In this document: positions 53,201-61,672 of the stretch, in pieces
Numbering within the stretch: position 1 is the first letter of the stretch
Layout: each line of letters begins with the position of its first letter
NCBI GenBank assembly: GCA_002633005.1
Contig: NMRA01000462.1
Span: 296,735 to 360,734, forward strand
Direction of reading: 5' to 3'
Source: Phoronis australis
Lineage: Eukaryota > Animalia > Phoronida
Length of the DNA stretch: 64,000 nucleotides
The notes under the pieces: model-generated
What the model saw: the letters and a program-made list of their open reading frames with translations, nothing else
Databases searched by the model: none
What the model was told of the DNA's origin: nothing
Made by a program: the position numbers and the translations under genes

Positions 53201-56200
53201 TAAAAACTGCAGCTTAATTTTGCTGTAAACTAAAGTATTATTTGTGCTTAAGACGATTATTTCAAATCATGTCAGTTAAAGAAGTAACGGAGAGAGATTG
53301 TGTAGGTGTCAAAAACTGAGTAAGTACACCACTAAATGTAGTGATTTTAGTACATTCCACTTGTGCTCAAACGGTGATCAACCATTGCACCACTATTACG
53401 GACATTCAATGTACTGAATAATAACAATAACAGCATAAGCAGGAACATAATGATGCCACCAAACCAGAGGAATTTATGCAACCCATAGTAATTATTCAGT
53501 TTGCACAAAAATAAATGCTAAATCTATACGTTTTCAAAAGCGGGCACCTTTGCTGCAAATAGTAAAATAAAAATTAAATGTTGCTTTATGCCACCAGTAT
53601 AGTTCGAACTATTACGACTCCAAATATTCTTAATTTTCATCTTTATTAATATTTAAGACCACTTTTAACTACAATGCAGCCCACTTAATGACCCTCGGTT
53701 TCCATGTAAATTATGACATGCTGGATACGTGAGTTCCGACTTGGAAATGATCACAACTGTTCCTAAAGCTGATCATACTGGACGCGAGAACCTCGTACAA
53801 ATGCAAGATCATGCCAAACATTGTCATGCATTACAAACAATGCAAACGATCCCATTAGCTTTACTTGTGAGATTCTTTCGTCTGTGGTACTCAACCCAGG
53901 GAGATATTTGGTTAGATGTGTTGAAATAATGAGAACTTAACAGGTCCTACAGAATTACTATGGACGTGTTTTTATTCTTCATTAGATTAATCATGTGATA
54001 CTGCAGTACATGTAGTTTGAAATCATCCCTTTTCTTTAGTTGGAAGGTAAGACAAGAAACGACTCATTTTTTACCACCTGATGCCGAGTTTTGATAGTGC
54101 GAATGAATTGAAGATGAATTAGGTTGGTTTTCAGCGAGAAAAAAAGAAAGTACACACCATAAGTTGTTCATTTTTAATGTCGATATCCGGGACTATGACG
54201 ATAAATCAGGGTATAATGAGGATTACTTTACACGGCTTTAATGGGAGATAATTCATTTGTGGCATTACAAAACAATAAGCAGGATATTCTATTATCCAGT
54301 ATGGCATTAAGTGGGCTTCACTGTTTGACAGGAGGTAGTGTGGTCAAGTGGGTTGGGTGTCTTAACTCCTGTTCACAAGGTACTATGTTTGAATCCCACT
54401 GGTCCCCGATGTTACATCCTTCAGTCAGGTCTCTATCTCTTCAGCTCGTTCTCGTAAATATGTTTATATGTCTACAACATGTGTTTATTAATAAATGAAA
54501 ATGGATTCAGGTGTTTTGTGCAATGGGCCCGCCTAAGTGTCTTGTGCACGTCAGTTGCAACACGCACTATTTTTCAAACTATGTTACTTTCACCACAATT
54601 TACAAAGAAATTGGAAACCCACGTCATGCTCATTTTTAAACTACCGGTATGTTACTTTCAACACAATTTACAAAGAAATGTGAAACTCACGTCATGCTCA
54701 TTCAGCTGAGAAATACATGTACAAAAATGCCTTTCGATCTAAGATCATTCGTAGTTTCAGGATATTGACTCATTTATAAAATATCTGAATATTACCCTTT
54801 GACTTCAAATAACATACTTAATTTTTAAAAGTGTTTGTGTTGAGCTTTCGTTTTAATAGAGTTTTCTTAGAGGGTGACATCAAATTTCACAATGACGTCA
54901 CATGAAACATGAGGATATGCAAAAATGCAAGTATAGACATTATGACTCTTCATTTGCAATAAAACAACAAATCCCAAATTTCTCATTCTAGTTTACTCAC
55001 GTCAACGAAACGCAATTCACAATCTCAACAACATGACATAATCACCATCTAGTCAGATGCAGCAGAGGAAATCATAATCTGAAATTGCAGAGCTTTCTTT
55101 TGTGATCAGGCTTGAGCTAAACTAACACGTCCACGCTCTAATTTTTGTTATTTCATATCAAACACGTGAAGCATCAAACTAACTAAAAAAAAATAAATGT
55201 TGTAACTGATAGTGGAAAAGCAAAAAATCGAGGTACCCAAATCAAGAAAAGTTTACGTTTGAGACGTAAGAAAATAAGTGAACTAGGAAATCTAATTAAA
55301 GCCACTAAAATAGAAAACTAACAATATTCCTTTTTAAAGGATTTCATTTGCTGATTTAATGGCAGAAACTTTTCAGTAACCGTGCCTCTGTTTAAGCAAA
55401 GGCAAAAATACGAAATGTGAAAATTTTAAAAAATCAACAATAAAGTGTGTGCAACCCCTAATCAGGTTTTAGACGGTATGTTTACTCAACATTGACATAA
55501 AGTACTGCATCAATGTGCAAGATAAGTACAGCTTGAAGAAATGAATCCGGAAGGTTTTTGAAAACAGAAACATGGAAGCCTTAATTTTACTACTATGGTA
55601 CGGCATTTTTCAAACTATCACACAGTAATTAATACAAAAAGTTTTTCTCAGTTACTTGTCTAACACACAAAAATATTGGTTAACTGTGTCAAGAACTTCT
55701 GCAAATAACACTGACCTTAAAAGTTAAATATGCTTTTAAAATCACCTGACACCAAATGTGCTACTATAAAACGGTGCTATTGAAACGCTGATTTATCAGG
55801 GTTAGGTACATGTGAAAATCCCTACGAGTGCTACCTCGTACCACTACTACATGGACACTGATATCAAATGCGGTATCACTTGAATACTAATGTTCTTTCG
55901 ATACAGAAAGCATGACTACATTCATCATGTTCGCTGATGACAAAACGAGGTCGTAAATAAAATAGATGCGAAAGCAATTGGGAACTCAAAAATGACTTCA
56001 CGTAGGGTTTATGTTACGTCAAACGAGAGAACTGGACAAATAATTTAATAAATATTAAACCGTCCACATTTTCAGTTTTCAATAAATCAAAAGGGGACTC
56101 TTCATATTGGAGCTCTTTAGAATAATAAGAGCACGAAAATGACTTCAAATTGATCCCGACTCAAAGTCCTTTCATACTAACTGAACTCTGGTTTGAGCGG

Positions 56201-59200
56201 AACGTCGAAGTAAACTACGAAGCTACTTGAATTGTTCGTACCAGCTTCGCTACTTAACGGCATTCAAGTAAACGGTAGGTGACGCTGTCGTTATCAAAGG
56301 AGGTGCTAATACTTCCCATGTGCGATTTTTTAAATGTGACAATTGACTTAAATCTTATTCCTCAATTGATTCGTGATTATTCAAGCAAAATAAGCAACTA
56401 TTAGCCAGGAGACTGTCCTTTAATTGTTGACGATGACAGTGGCCCCTGGCAATAATTTTGATGAGACCAGAGTTGACCGTATATATTGCTCCGCTATTAA
56501 ATCCACATGTTCACTACAAAGTTAGCTGGCACTGTCAACTTTGATCCAGGACCGAAGTTAACCTCATACTGACCCCAACTCCCCAAATACTGATGCGTTG
56601 ACGTAAGAATGAAAGGGCCTTCAGAGTTGGTGGACAGAAATTCAATTACTGCATGAGGGTTCATTAATTTAAAAATGGAGGAATAAGTTCCACTATCCCA
56701 TTGTTTGATTAGCTTATGTTCACTAATTAATTTTAGCCTATTAATACTGGCTGGGATCAAATATCTCCCGCTTTATCAGCCGCAGCCAATGATTTTGTCA
56801 CACATATTTCTTCGCAGTGGGAAATTTATGAAACACGATGTCCTTATTCATAGATTGATATTTTTCCTCTATTCACAGGACACCAGAACATCCCACCGCA
56901 CAGCAGTGGAAATTTGACGGCATTATAATGGCAGGAAAGGTGTTAAACTTTTTTATACCAGTAGGTTGAAACCTCCTGTTCGCATTACGTGGGACCTGTA
57001 GGTGGCGCTGAACACCTGCTCACCAAAGACGTGATTGCCATTTGGCGAATTAGTAAATTTCAATAATGCGCTTATTTTGAAACTCCCCTATTGCGATATT
57101 TTTATAGCACACAATAATGCGGACGGCTGAAATTTTGTTTTGCAAGATTTTCCACAACAAGAAATTATAATAAACACTTTAAGTCATTTCTATTAAAATG
57201 AAATCAGTGAGCTAAAATGTCAGCCAGTACAAGCTGCCTGAGTTGTTTTTCTATTCCAGCAACCAAGCATGCTACCCAAGACAGCCTTAGGTTTTCAGTG
57301 CCAGTTTCGGTACAATTTTCCTTTTGAATTGTGCAATGATGACGAAAGGTTATCTATTTATGAAACTAATACGTCAAAAACAACGTGGCTAGTCAGATGC
57401 ACATTGTTGGAGCATGCACCTTGTCCACAGCCTTATACTTCAGATTTTAATTTTCCCCGATTTCATTAATAAAAATCCAAGTACAAACGTCCAAAATACA
57501 GGGAAAGTACAATGTGAGAAAGTGGCACACCTTCAAAAAAGCTACATTCCTCTCTGTATGTCAGGTTAAAAATTGTGCTATTTTTAAACTGACATTTCCG
57601 TACAGAAGACTACTCAGTCATTTTTTACTATGCACTAGAAAGGATTGAGACACATTTTTTGTAAGCAGAGTTTATTCAGGTTTGTAATTTGTACTTTGGA
57701 TAGTGCCTAAGAAGGAAACGCCATTTGAAAACAGCTTCTTGATAAACTATAAATCCACCTTTCCTCGACAAGTGATTAAAGCCATTTGTCACAATAACAC
57801 CGGTCTCAACCTGTTATTTACTCAGATGACAAGTGATTAAAGCCATTTGTCAAAATAACAACGGTCTCAACCTGTTATTTACTCAGATGACAAGTGATTA
57901 AAGCCATTTGTCACAATAAGAACGGTCTCAACCTGTTATTTACTCAGATGACAAGTGATTTCTGGGTTTACAAAATCTGTCAGTTCCTAACTCTTTAAGA
58001 CATGGTCGGCACTCAAACCCCCTTGACAGCCAACATGTATAGTCCATTCTCAACCAATTAATCATGATCAACTTCACAAAGTAACAACTTGAAACCAAGT
58101 TCATAATATTTTTTTTCAATGGAAGACGGGTTCATGGCTGGCTCAAGTGAGTGTGAAGAAAATGTTCACCAGTACAATACTATATAGAGTAAGACGGAAA
58201 TGGTTTGCGAACAAAAACGAGAAATCGGCAATAAAGGCAGTCCTTACCTGAAAACGGCGATAAGTGGCGAGAAAACAGAGTCGCCGTCGTAGACATACAG
58301 GTGATCCCAGCTACATTCAGTGGCAAACTGATCCAGCCACAAGTGTATGGTGGTGTTAAGATCCCCACCGTACACCAGCCATGTACACTTGGTATCCACA
58401 GTGTAATTACCTGGACCTTCGCTGACGATGCCGTTTGTAGAATTCACCCTACAACAGCATACAAGCAATCTTGGTTCCTGTCAACGATTTCTATGCATTC
58501 ATATGAATGGTATATGATATAAGGACTGACAAGAACTCAGTTCATATATTTTTTGTGCAATATGGGCTAATTTGTTATCACTGAGCAATGACAAATGACC
58601 AAAAATGAATCAATGAATGATGATATGAATGATGAACACATTGATCAGACTAATCTCAGACTTGTGATCATTTATTATCAGCCCAATATGAATATCTATC
58701 AATCAAAATGGATATGCATTCTGTGAGCCACATTTAACAACTCGCGCAGTCCAATCATACAAATACATACAGTCAGCATCTCTAAACCTTATTTATAGAA
58801 GAGTTCATTAACCATCAGTTCAGTTTCCCCATAACAGGAAAATAGAGGATGCCCATATATTTAGTTGAAGCTTACATAAGCGTCAGCCACACACAGACCT
58901 GCCCAAGAATAAGTTATTCATAGAACGAGTTGTCGCTAGGTTTGAGGTTGTCTGGATGCTATTTAAACTATTTGCAATTTGCGTCACTTGTGACAACTTG
59001 CTACATCTTACCGAGGTAGAGTGACTTGTTCTAGGGTAACTTGCGCCACTTCTAATCGCTGTGGGCTGCAAACCTAGCGCAAGGCACAAATAATTTTCAG
59101 CTGCGTTTACAAACATATGAGTCTTCTTTTTCACACGAAATTCGCATAAGCTATTCATTGTCAAGCAAAGAGTGGCATCTTTCGTTTTGCACTAGTTATC

Positions 59201-61326
59201 GTATATATGCGTGTGTGTGGACGCTCTGCTTAAGGCGGGGCAAATTACAATGGTGCAAGTTGTTCTAGGGTAAGTCTGCATGTGGACAGGACTATTGAAG
59301 AAAAAACCAGCGACTGATGAACTTAAAGCTTCTGTTGGTAAAACGCCACTGAATCTAAATGGCCAAACACCACAGAAACAGTTTCTTCATCAAGCACAAG
59401 TTTATTTCTTGTAAACCTGTTATAAAACAACGTTCCATCAAAGTAATTTTTGATTTAAACAATTTACAATTGGACGCAACTGGGTCTGAAAAGAATGGAC
59501 AAATCATAGTTTCTTGGGATCATGCTCGGCGGGGAGAATGCCTCGCTGTTACATGAAAAATGGGCCAAATGATGACATGTCAAATATGTATTATTGATCA
59601 ATATAAGCATGTCATTTCTTTTTTTACTCCTGACATTAAATAATTAAACGACCCCATCAGGAACCCCATTTAAAAAAAATTTAGGTGACGTTCGTACTAA
59701 TCGAAGCAAATGACGTCATCTTCGTGGCACGAGACGTGCAAGCAGCACCCCACGATAATGGGTGCAGAATTTAATTGCAGAATTTCAAAATTAAGTCTAT
59801 TTAAGACTATAAAGCATATAATTAAATACAGCAAAACAGATCACAACACTTAAACTTGCATAGAACATCTGACTGAGTCACAATGTCCCGATAGCGTGGC
59901 GTCTTCAAAGTCAATAGCGCAGTACCACTGGGGGCCACTAAGAGTTACTCAAAATAACATCCAAGACTTATTTGACTACTAAAGACACTGGGTCAAGTGA
60001 CGAGAAGTGCTTGGCTTTGCTTCAAGAAAATTTACCATATGGTGACGGGTAACTTCGGGATTTCAAATCGCAGAGACAACAGAGTTTAAGTAGAGCGATG
60101 CAGATATGGACACTTGCAACTGCTTGGAACGTGTGACTGAGTTGCAGTGACCTTATAGCATGGCATCCTCATAATCAGTAACGCAGTACCGGTGGGGCCA
60201 CTTACTCCAAATAACAGCAAAGGCTTATTACAAAGACATCGGGGTCTAGTGAACCAATTAAAGTTTGCAGTCCATGCAAGCTGTGCGGGACTGGTTGGCA
60301 ATCAATGATTTGTCGGACCCCTGGCGACATCCCAGCGGAGTGCGTGTACCAAAGGGCTAATCTGTTTAGTCGTTCCGGGGGGGGGGGCAATTAGGGGATT
60401 ATGCAGGAACTTTATTAAAATGCTTCTGACTGACACAACAGCACACTGATCGCTGAGACCCGCACTAAAGTCTCAGCTATTGAGGAGGGGGCAGAATATC
60501 AAATAAAATGACAGGCAAAGCTACTGCAGCGAGTACCGTAGATCATTGTTTGAAGTGAAAGGCAAAATGACACAAGGCGTTATATGGTTAGAAGTCAGGG
60601 AAATACTTCAATTTAACGGCGTTCTTCCTGGCACGTGCAGTGTAAAAATGACCAGTTGTCGATTTGGGCAACTGAACGAGAAACTGCTAAAAAGTTTGGG
60701 AGTATTTGTTCGAGTTGGAAGGAACTGAAGACATGGCCTCCTAAGTTAAGGTTCCCACTGTTTATGCTCAAAAGGTACTTATAGCAATGAGACTTTGTTG
60801 TGTGGCACAATTCACTGAAAAACGTCAAGCATATGAAGCTCCAATAGGAGCATCACCATCTTTACTGGGACCAGAGGAGACGGTGGCACTGACTGCCTTG
60901 CCCTTATATAACTAGTGACAGTGACCGTGAGTGACACTCGAACTAAAGCTCGACCTGGTAAATCTGATCCTCAAGAACCAACCTCATTAATTAACCGTTT
61001 TACTCGTAGACGCAAACCAGTCTCTTGATATTATAGACGTAGGTCAGTAAAGGGAAACGTTGATATAAAAAGTGCAAAAAGAAAACTTACCAGATTCTAC
61101 CATAACAATTTTGACATTCGTTTCCTCTCCATCCACGATCACACACACATGTCCCGTTAATAAACGTCCCATGAAAACACTTTGTAGCACCAATTGCTTG
61201 TAAGACAGAAAATATAACGTATAAAAATATTAATAAAGAGCTAAACGAGTGGCCGTGTAACATCTCAGCCTTCCATTTCGACTTCAAACGGAAAACATAG
61301 CGCCGTAAAAATCCCCTGGTCGCCAT
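17153..61326 (-). CDS. ATRN: Attractin / attractin-like (ATRN/ATRNL1 family) gene, 26 coding exons, about 1,220 aa
   Basis: Exons 1-25 join through GT-AG sites in one continuous frame (3,571 nt). Domain order is signal/EGF, CUB, EGF x2, Kelch repeats, PSI repeats, laminin-EGF x2, stem, TM, cytoplasmic tail. Diagnostic motifs: TECSWDHLYVYDGDS, HFFSDAAYN, FGGNTHND, CFLSLLLVAAIVWKIK, MASRPFASV, GLAIASALV. Shorter than MEGF8, with a single CUB and a single Kelch cluster. Confidence 0.95.
18054..18204 (-). CDS. ATRN: Attractin exon 25 (cytoplasmic)
   Basis: PSKPSPITLETCSGQKSGVLTLLIRLPCGDEDHTPNGQTGLAIASALVTM. Confidence 0.92.
18980..19123 (-). CDS. ATRN: Attractin exon 24 (cytoplasmic, MASRPF motif)
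   Basis: QMLVQMQHMASRPFASVSIDV...RRKKK. MASRPF is the MGRN1-binding motif of ATRN/MEGF8. Confidence 0.93.
20153..20334. repeat. 25-bp minisatellite, about 7 copies
   Basis: Unit cataatctgtattgtagacgggcaa. Confidence 0.92.
20367..20445 (-). CDS. ATRN: Attractin exon 23 (transmembrane)
   Basis: CFLSLLLVAAIVWKIKLRYMLYRRRQ; donor |gtgagt. Confidence 0.94.
22453..22511 (-). CDS. ATRN: Attractin exon 22 (juxtamembrane / TM start)
   Basis: ISFSQQQMIDLINFFIWFFS; cacag|...|gtaagt. Confidence 0.9.
23586..23737 (-). CDS. ATRN: Attractin exon 21 (stem)
   Basis: TRGDIYYVIGETCGLYEARFSHSRYKFATEFENTTFLVDVYNFTTPIWFE, matching the N.TF.VYV.NFT.PI motif. Confidence 0.9.
25176..25695 (+). CDS. Nested secreted C-type lectin-domain protein, coding exon 1
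   Basis: aaaATG start, signal-like MSHLTSMLIAAGTLSLLCKSAA, then KR, a spacer and the CTLD N-part C..GF...GCYK......A..YC....SHLV.L...YHLGA...WTW...FTYTNW; donor TTTG|gtaaat (phase 1). Confidence 0.88.
26713..26828 (+). CDS. Nested C-type lectin-domain protein, coding exon 2 (complete protein 211 aa)
   Basis: ttacag| acceptor, phase 1. Encodes YHDKECAQFYYNPFNSMHRKWDDDDCSTYKTYFVCEI*, supplying the C...W.D..C....FVCE end of the CTLD. Missed by the ORF track. Confidence 0.88.
26880..28174 (+). mobile_element. Helentron/HINE-like element with internal about 145-160-bp tandem units (5'-truncated copy)
   Basis: Units carry gccactag(g/t)ggc.c, aaattttatgaaa and gaagatacagagg, arranged as a three-unit higher-order repeat. 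Ends with a ggacgccggacg..cagacag tract and cataaaaa. Homologous to 35657-36847. Confidence 0.7.
28781..28850 (-). CDS. ATRN: Attractin exon 20 (stem)
   Basis: SDKDVEFMIKCSKYALLNITIRT; tttcag|...|gtgaga, phase 0-1. Confidence 0.87.
29020..29253 (-). mobile_element. tRNA-derived SINE
   Basis: Minus strand reads ggcccagtgagataag (A-box-like) ... ggttcaagtccc (B-box), followed by a non-tRNA body; no intact cloverleaf. Confidence 0.55.
30059..30153 (-). CDS. ATRN: Attractin exon 19 (stem)
   Basis: YNLTTDFRFTFNLSKKTDAFFTQISFMNTPTR, matching the ATRN Y.L..DYQFTF.LS segment; donor |gtaaga. Confidence 0.9.
30311..30373 (-). mobile_element. tRNA-like SINE head / tRNA pseudogene
   Basis: Minus strand reads gtggcgcagcggttaag...gggttcaaaacc (Pol III A and B boxes); acceptor stem not formed. 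Confidence 0.45.
30917..31090. mobile_element. Small palindromic MITE (about 170-bp hairpin)
   Basis: Paired segments agattattacatg/catgtaataatct, gtcgttat/ataacgac, atctagagcc/ggctctagat, aattatcgcc/ggcgataatt; TA-rich flanks. Confidence 0.8.
31560..31706 (-). CDS. ATRN: Attractin exon 18 (laminin-EGF 2)
   Basis: CQCIGQAASCDRVTGSCRAYCRVKGVVGDLCNECEVNSNYIGNGETCH. Confidence 0.91.
32556..32696 (-). CDS. ATRN: Attractin exon 17 (laminin-EGF 1)
   Basis: CQCNGHSTCYDGTSKCISCADLTEGNRCERCIEGYYGNATAGGKCF. Confidence 0.93.
33179..33379 (-). CDS. ATRN: Attractin exon 16 (PSI)
   Basis: TQCSELKTCDECQINPSCGWCDDGTNTGLGKCMEGSNSGP...CPAPHWFFVDCP. Confidence 0.93.
33872..34060 (-). CDS. ATRN: Attractin exon 15 (PSI)
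   Basis: KLENYPATCSRPCHGMYSCANCTAAHCMWCESERRCVESNAYFASYPYGQCREWVAQNSKCS. Confidence 0.93.
34628..34766 (-). CDS. ATRN: Attractin exon 14, duplicate copy (probable assembly overlap at the N at 34844)
   Basis: Same sequence as 35242-35380, offset 614 nt. Confidence 0.6.
35242..35380 (-). CDS. ATRN: Attractin exon 14 (PSI), first of two identical copies in transcript order
   Basis: VASVEQCPAKYSTDCSFRHNCAYCNASSDCMWVMNRKGSLMCVNRE; ctctag|...|gtcagt, phase 0-1. Confidence 0.82.
35657..36847 (+). mobile_element. Helentron/HINE-like element, apparently full length
   Basis: Begins aacaagag with 5' subterminal atgcatccac, has the same tandem units, a ggacg-type tract, and a 3' hairpin atgcgtccac...gtgggcgcat followed by aaaaa. 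Confidence 0.72.
37324..37445 (-). CDS. ATRN: Attractin exon 13 (PSI)
   Basis: DYSEMCKRVESSCPSCLSTSFGCRWCKGGCETGTCRDPHP; donor |gtactg chosen by phase. Confidence 0.82.
38419..38586 (-). CDS. ATRN: Attractin exon 12 (PSI)
   Basis: SCAAYQGKEACLSATPGIRCVWSDTQGCVHP...GCKGKT; phase 1-1. Confidence 0.87.
39711..39775 (-). CDS. ATRN: Attractin exon 11 (Kelch end)
   Basis: KLYVFGGFNGLMLNDIYEYTP; ttcag|...|gttagt. Confidence 0.9.
40453..40537 (-). CDS. ATRN: Attractin exon 10 (Kelch)
   Basis: CDKWYHKDPPNLPWDISRFGHTTVVYD; phase 1-2. Confidence 0.9.
40610..41313. mobile_element. Possible hAT-like MITE
   Basis: Imperfect TIRs cagggccccaaactaaattt / aaattgagttcagggcctg; no TSD seen. Confidence 0.35.
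41523..41677 (-). CDS. ATRN: Attractin exon 9 (Kelch)
   Basis: KIYESSGSSRYLHSVNIINEMMLVFGGNTHNDSGTSQGAKCYSNSFLAYDL. Confidence 0.93.
42369..42552 (-). CDS. ATRN: Attractin exon 8 (Kelch)
   Basis: TFKWKTTSTTGAIVKGGYGHSSVYDVHQGIIYVHGGY...LSDDLYGYNPKTKEW. Confidence 0.92.
43204..43429 (-). CDS. ATRN: Attractin exon 7 (Kelch)
   Basis: NLIYMYGGLVGSRDIVSELWSY...VVGHTAHVVDDVMHVIFGHSPVYGYVNFVQELDL. Confidence 0.92.
43594..44325. mobile_element. Foldback/MITE with about 310-320-bp inverted arms
   Basis: 43594-43914 is the reverse complement of 44021-44325 (e.g. gactagactttttgtttgcaagcttgatactggtac / gtaccagtatcaagcttgcaaacaaaaagtctagtc); spacer about 106 bp. Confidence 0.88.
44378..45515. mobile_element. 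Non-autonomous ISL2EU / PIF-Harbinger-type DNA transposon
   Basis: TIRs AGGCCTTTTGCGAGTTT / AAACTCGCAAGTGAGCT flanked by AT on both sides, plus subterminal inverted tgtgacgtcac.ggaa..ggggcaaaa. THAP-like stub MSKKHCCYGK*TSDSHY on + (44539) and SAP-like stub on - (about 45253-45393). Confidence 0.72.
46522..46615 (-). CDS. ATRN: Attractin exon 6 (Kelch)
   Basis: FDIPNRTWKNISPKSALKPLQRYGHSAVIYD; ttgcag|...|gtaagt. Confidence 0.88.
47766..47934 (-). CDS. ATRN: Attractin exon 5 (Kelch 1)
   Basis: IDCSRPLRDGVWNPVYVKGNFTPMGRASHRAVVLNEYMWVISGSGF...; donor |gtgagt chosen by phase with exon 6. Confidence 0.88.
48319..48497 (-). CDS. ATRN: Attractin exon 4 (EGF-like x2)
   Basis: SSNCPKNCSGNGYCNDTTCHCNPSWQGEACEIPVCPRNCSNHGVCDTVDRKCRCDTGYR; phase 2-1. 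Confidence 0.92.
49270..49955. mobile_element. Foldback/MITE with about 300-bp inverted arms
   Basis: 49270-49572 versus 49639-49955 (e.g. ctgttagctctaacccctacaaagtatat / atatactttgtaggggttagagctaacag); termini ggttac...gtaacc. Confidence 0.88.
51275..51394 (-). CDS. ATRN: Attractin exon 3 (CUB, C-half)
   Basis: GLLNPRAAKLPEIRTQSGYAFLHFFSDAAYNMSGFSIKF; cacag|...|gtaagt. Confidence 0.92.
53131..53170. repeat. Imperfect (AAT)n microsatellite
   Basis: aataacaataataataatgataataataat. Confidence 0.7.
54333..54470 (+). mobile_element. Degenerate tRNA-derived SINE
   Basis: gtagtgtggtcaagtggg (A-box-like) ... gtttgaatccc (B-box-like). Confidence 0.35.
57767..57959. repeat. 61-bp tandem repeat, about 3.2 copies (also at 61674-61806 in the duplicate)
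   Basis: Unit gacaagtgattaaagccatttgtcacaataac.cggtctcaacctgttatttactcagat. Confidence 0.92.
58248..58448 (-). CDS. ATRN: Attractin exon 2 (CUB, N-half)
   Basis: VNSTNGIVSEGPGNYTVDTKCTWL...FATECSWDHLYVYDGDSVFSPLIAVFS; ag|...|gtaag, phase 2-2. Confidence 0.93.
61091..61326 (-). CDS. ATRN: Attractin exon 1 (leader/signal segment plus EGF-like)
   Basis: ATG in gaagATGGcg context. Hydrophobic LLIFLYVIFSVLQAIGA, then CFHGTFINGTCVCDRGWRGNECQNCYGRI; donor |gtaagt. Confidence 0.88.
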
Positions 61327-61390
61327 CTTCGTTACTTTAACTGACGTCACATTCCAGGAAGTTAAATAGGTCAAGAAGATGGCGGTGAGT
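61321..61390. promoter_or_regulatory. Attractin start/promoter core, probably bidirectional
   Basis: Inverted pair of GAAGATGGCG (YY1/TISU-like) at 61321-61330 (-) and 61375-61384 (+). Between them lie a CRE palindrome TGACGTCA (61342-61349) and TTCCAGGAAGT (STAT/ETS-like, 61352-61362). CpG-richer than its surroundings. Confidence 0.6.
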
Positions 61391-61672
61391 TTCCACATGT
61401 CTTGTTGGCGAATATTCAAGTCACAAGCACCTTCATCAGTCGTTCGACGTGTTACAGTAGAATATATTCATGTACTGTAGTGTCACGAAGAGCGGCTGAT
61501 AAAGGTATCTGTATTCAAATCTTGATCGTTATTTTCTGACTGGTGTCTTTTACGTAGTCATAAAACTTAGCCTATTAGTAGGGAGGACAACGATAGTAGC
61601 GAGGACAGCATTCTTCAGCGAATCGCTTCGCGTATCTGTCACCGTGTTAAATTCGCTCACTACAATCGGCAN

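Noticed and set aside
56497-56760. ORF containing DSGTY and FGPGSKLTV, resembling Ig/TCR V and J motifs
   Set aside because: No Cys after DSGTY, the two motifs are about 40 aa apart, and there is no RSS heptamer/nonamer and no splice donor after LTV. Treated as chance.
17153-61326. MEGF8 as an alternative identity for the large gene
   Set aside because: A single CUB, one Kelch cluster, a length of about 1,220 aa and ATRN-specific motifs fit attractin rather than the much longer MEGF8.
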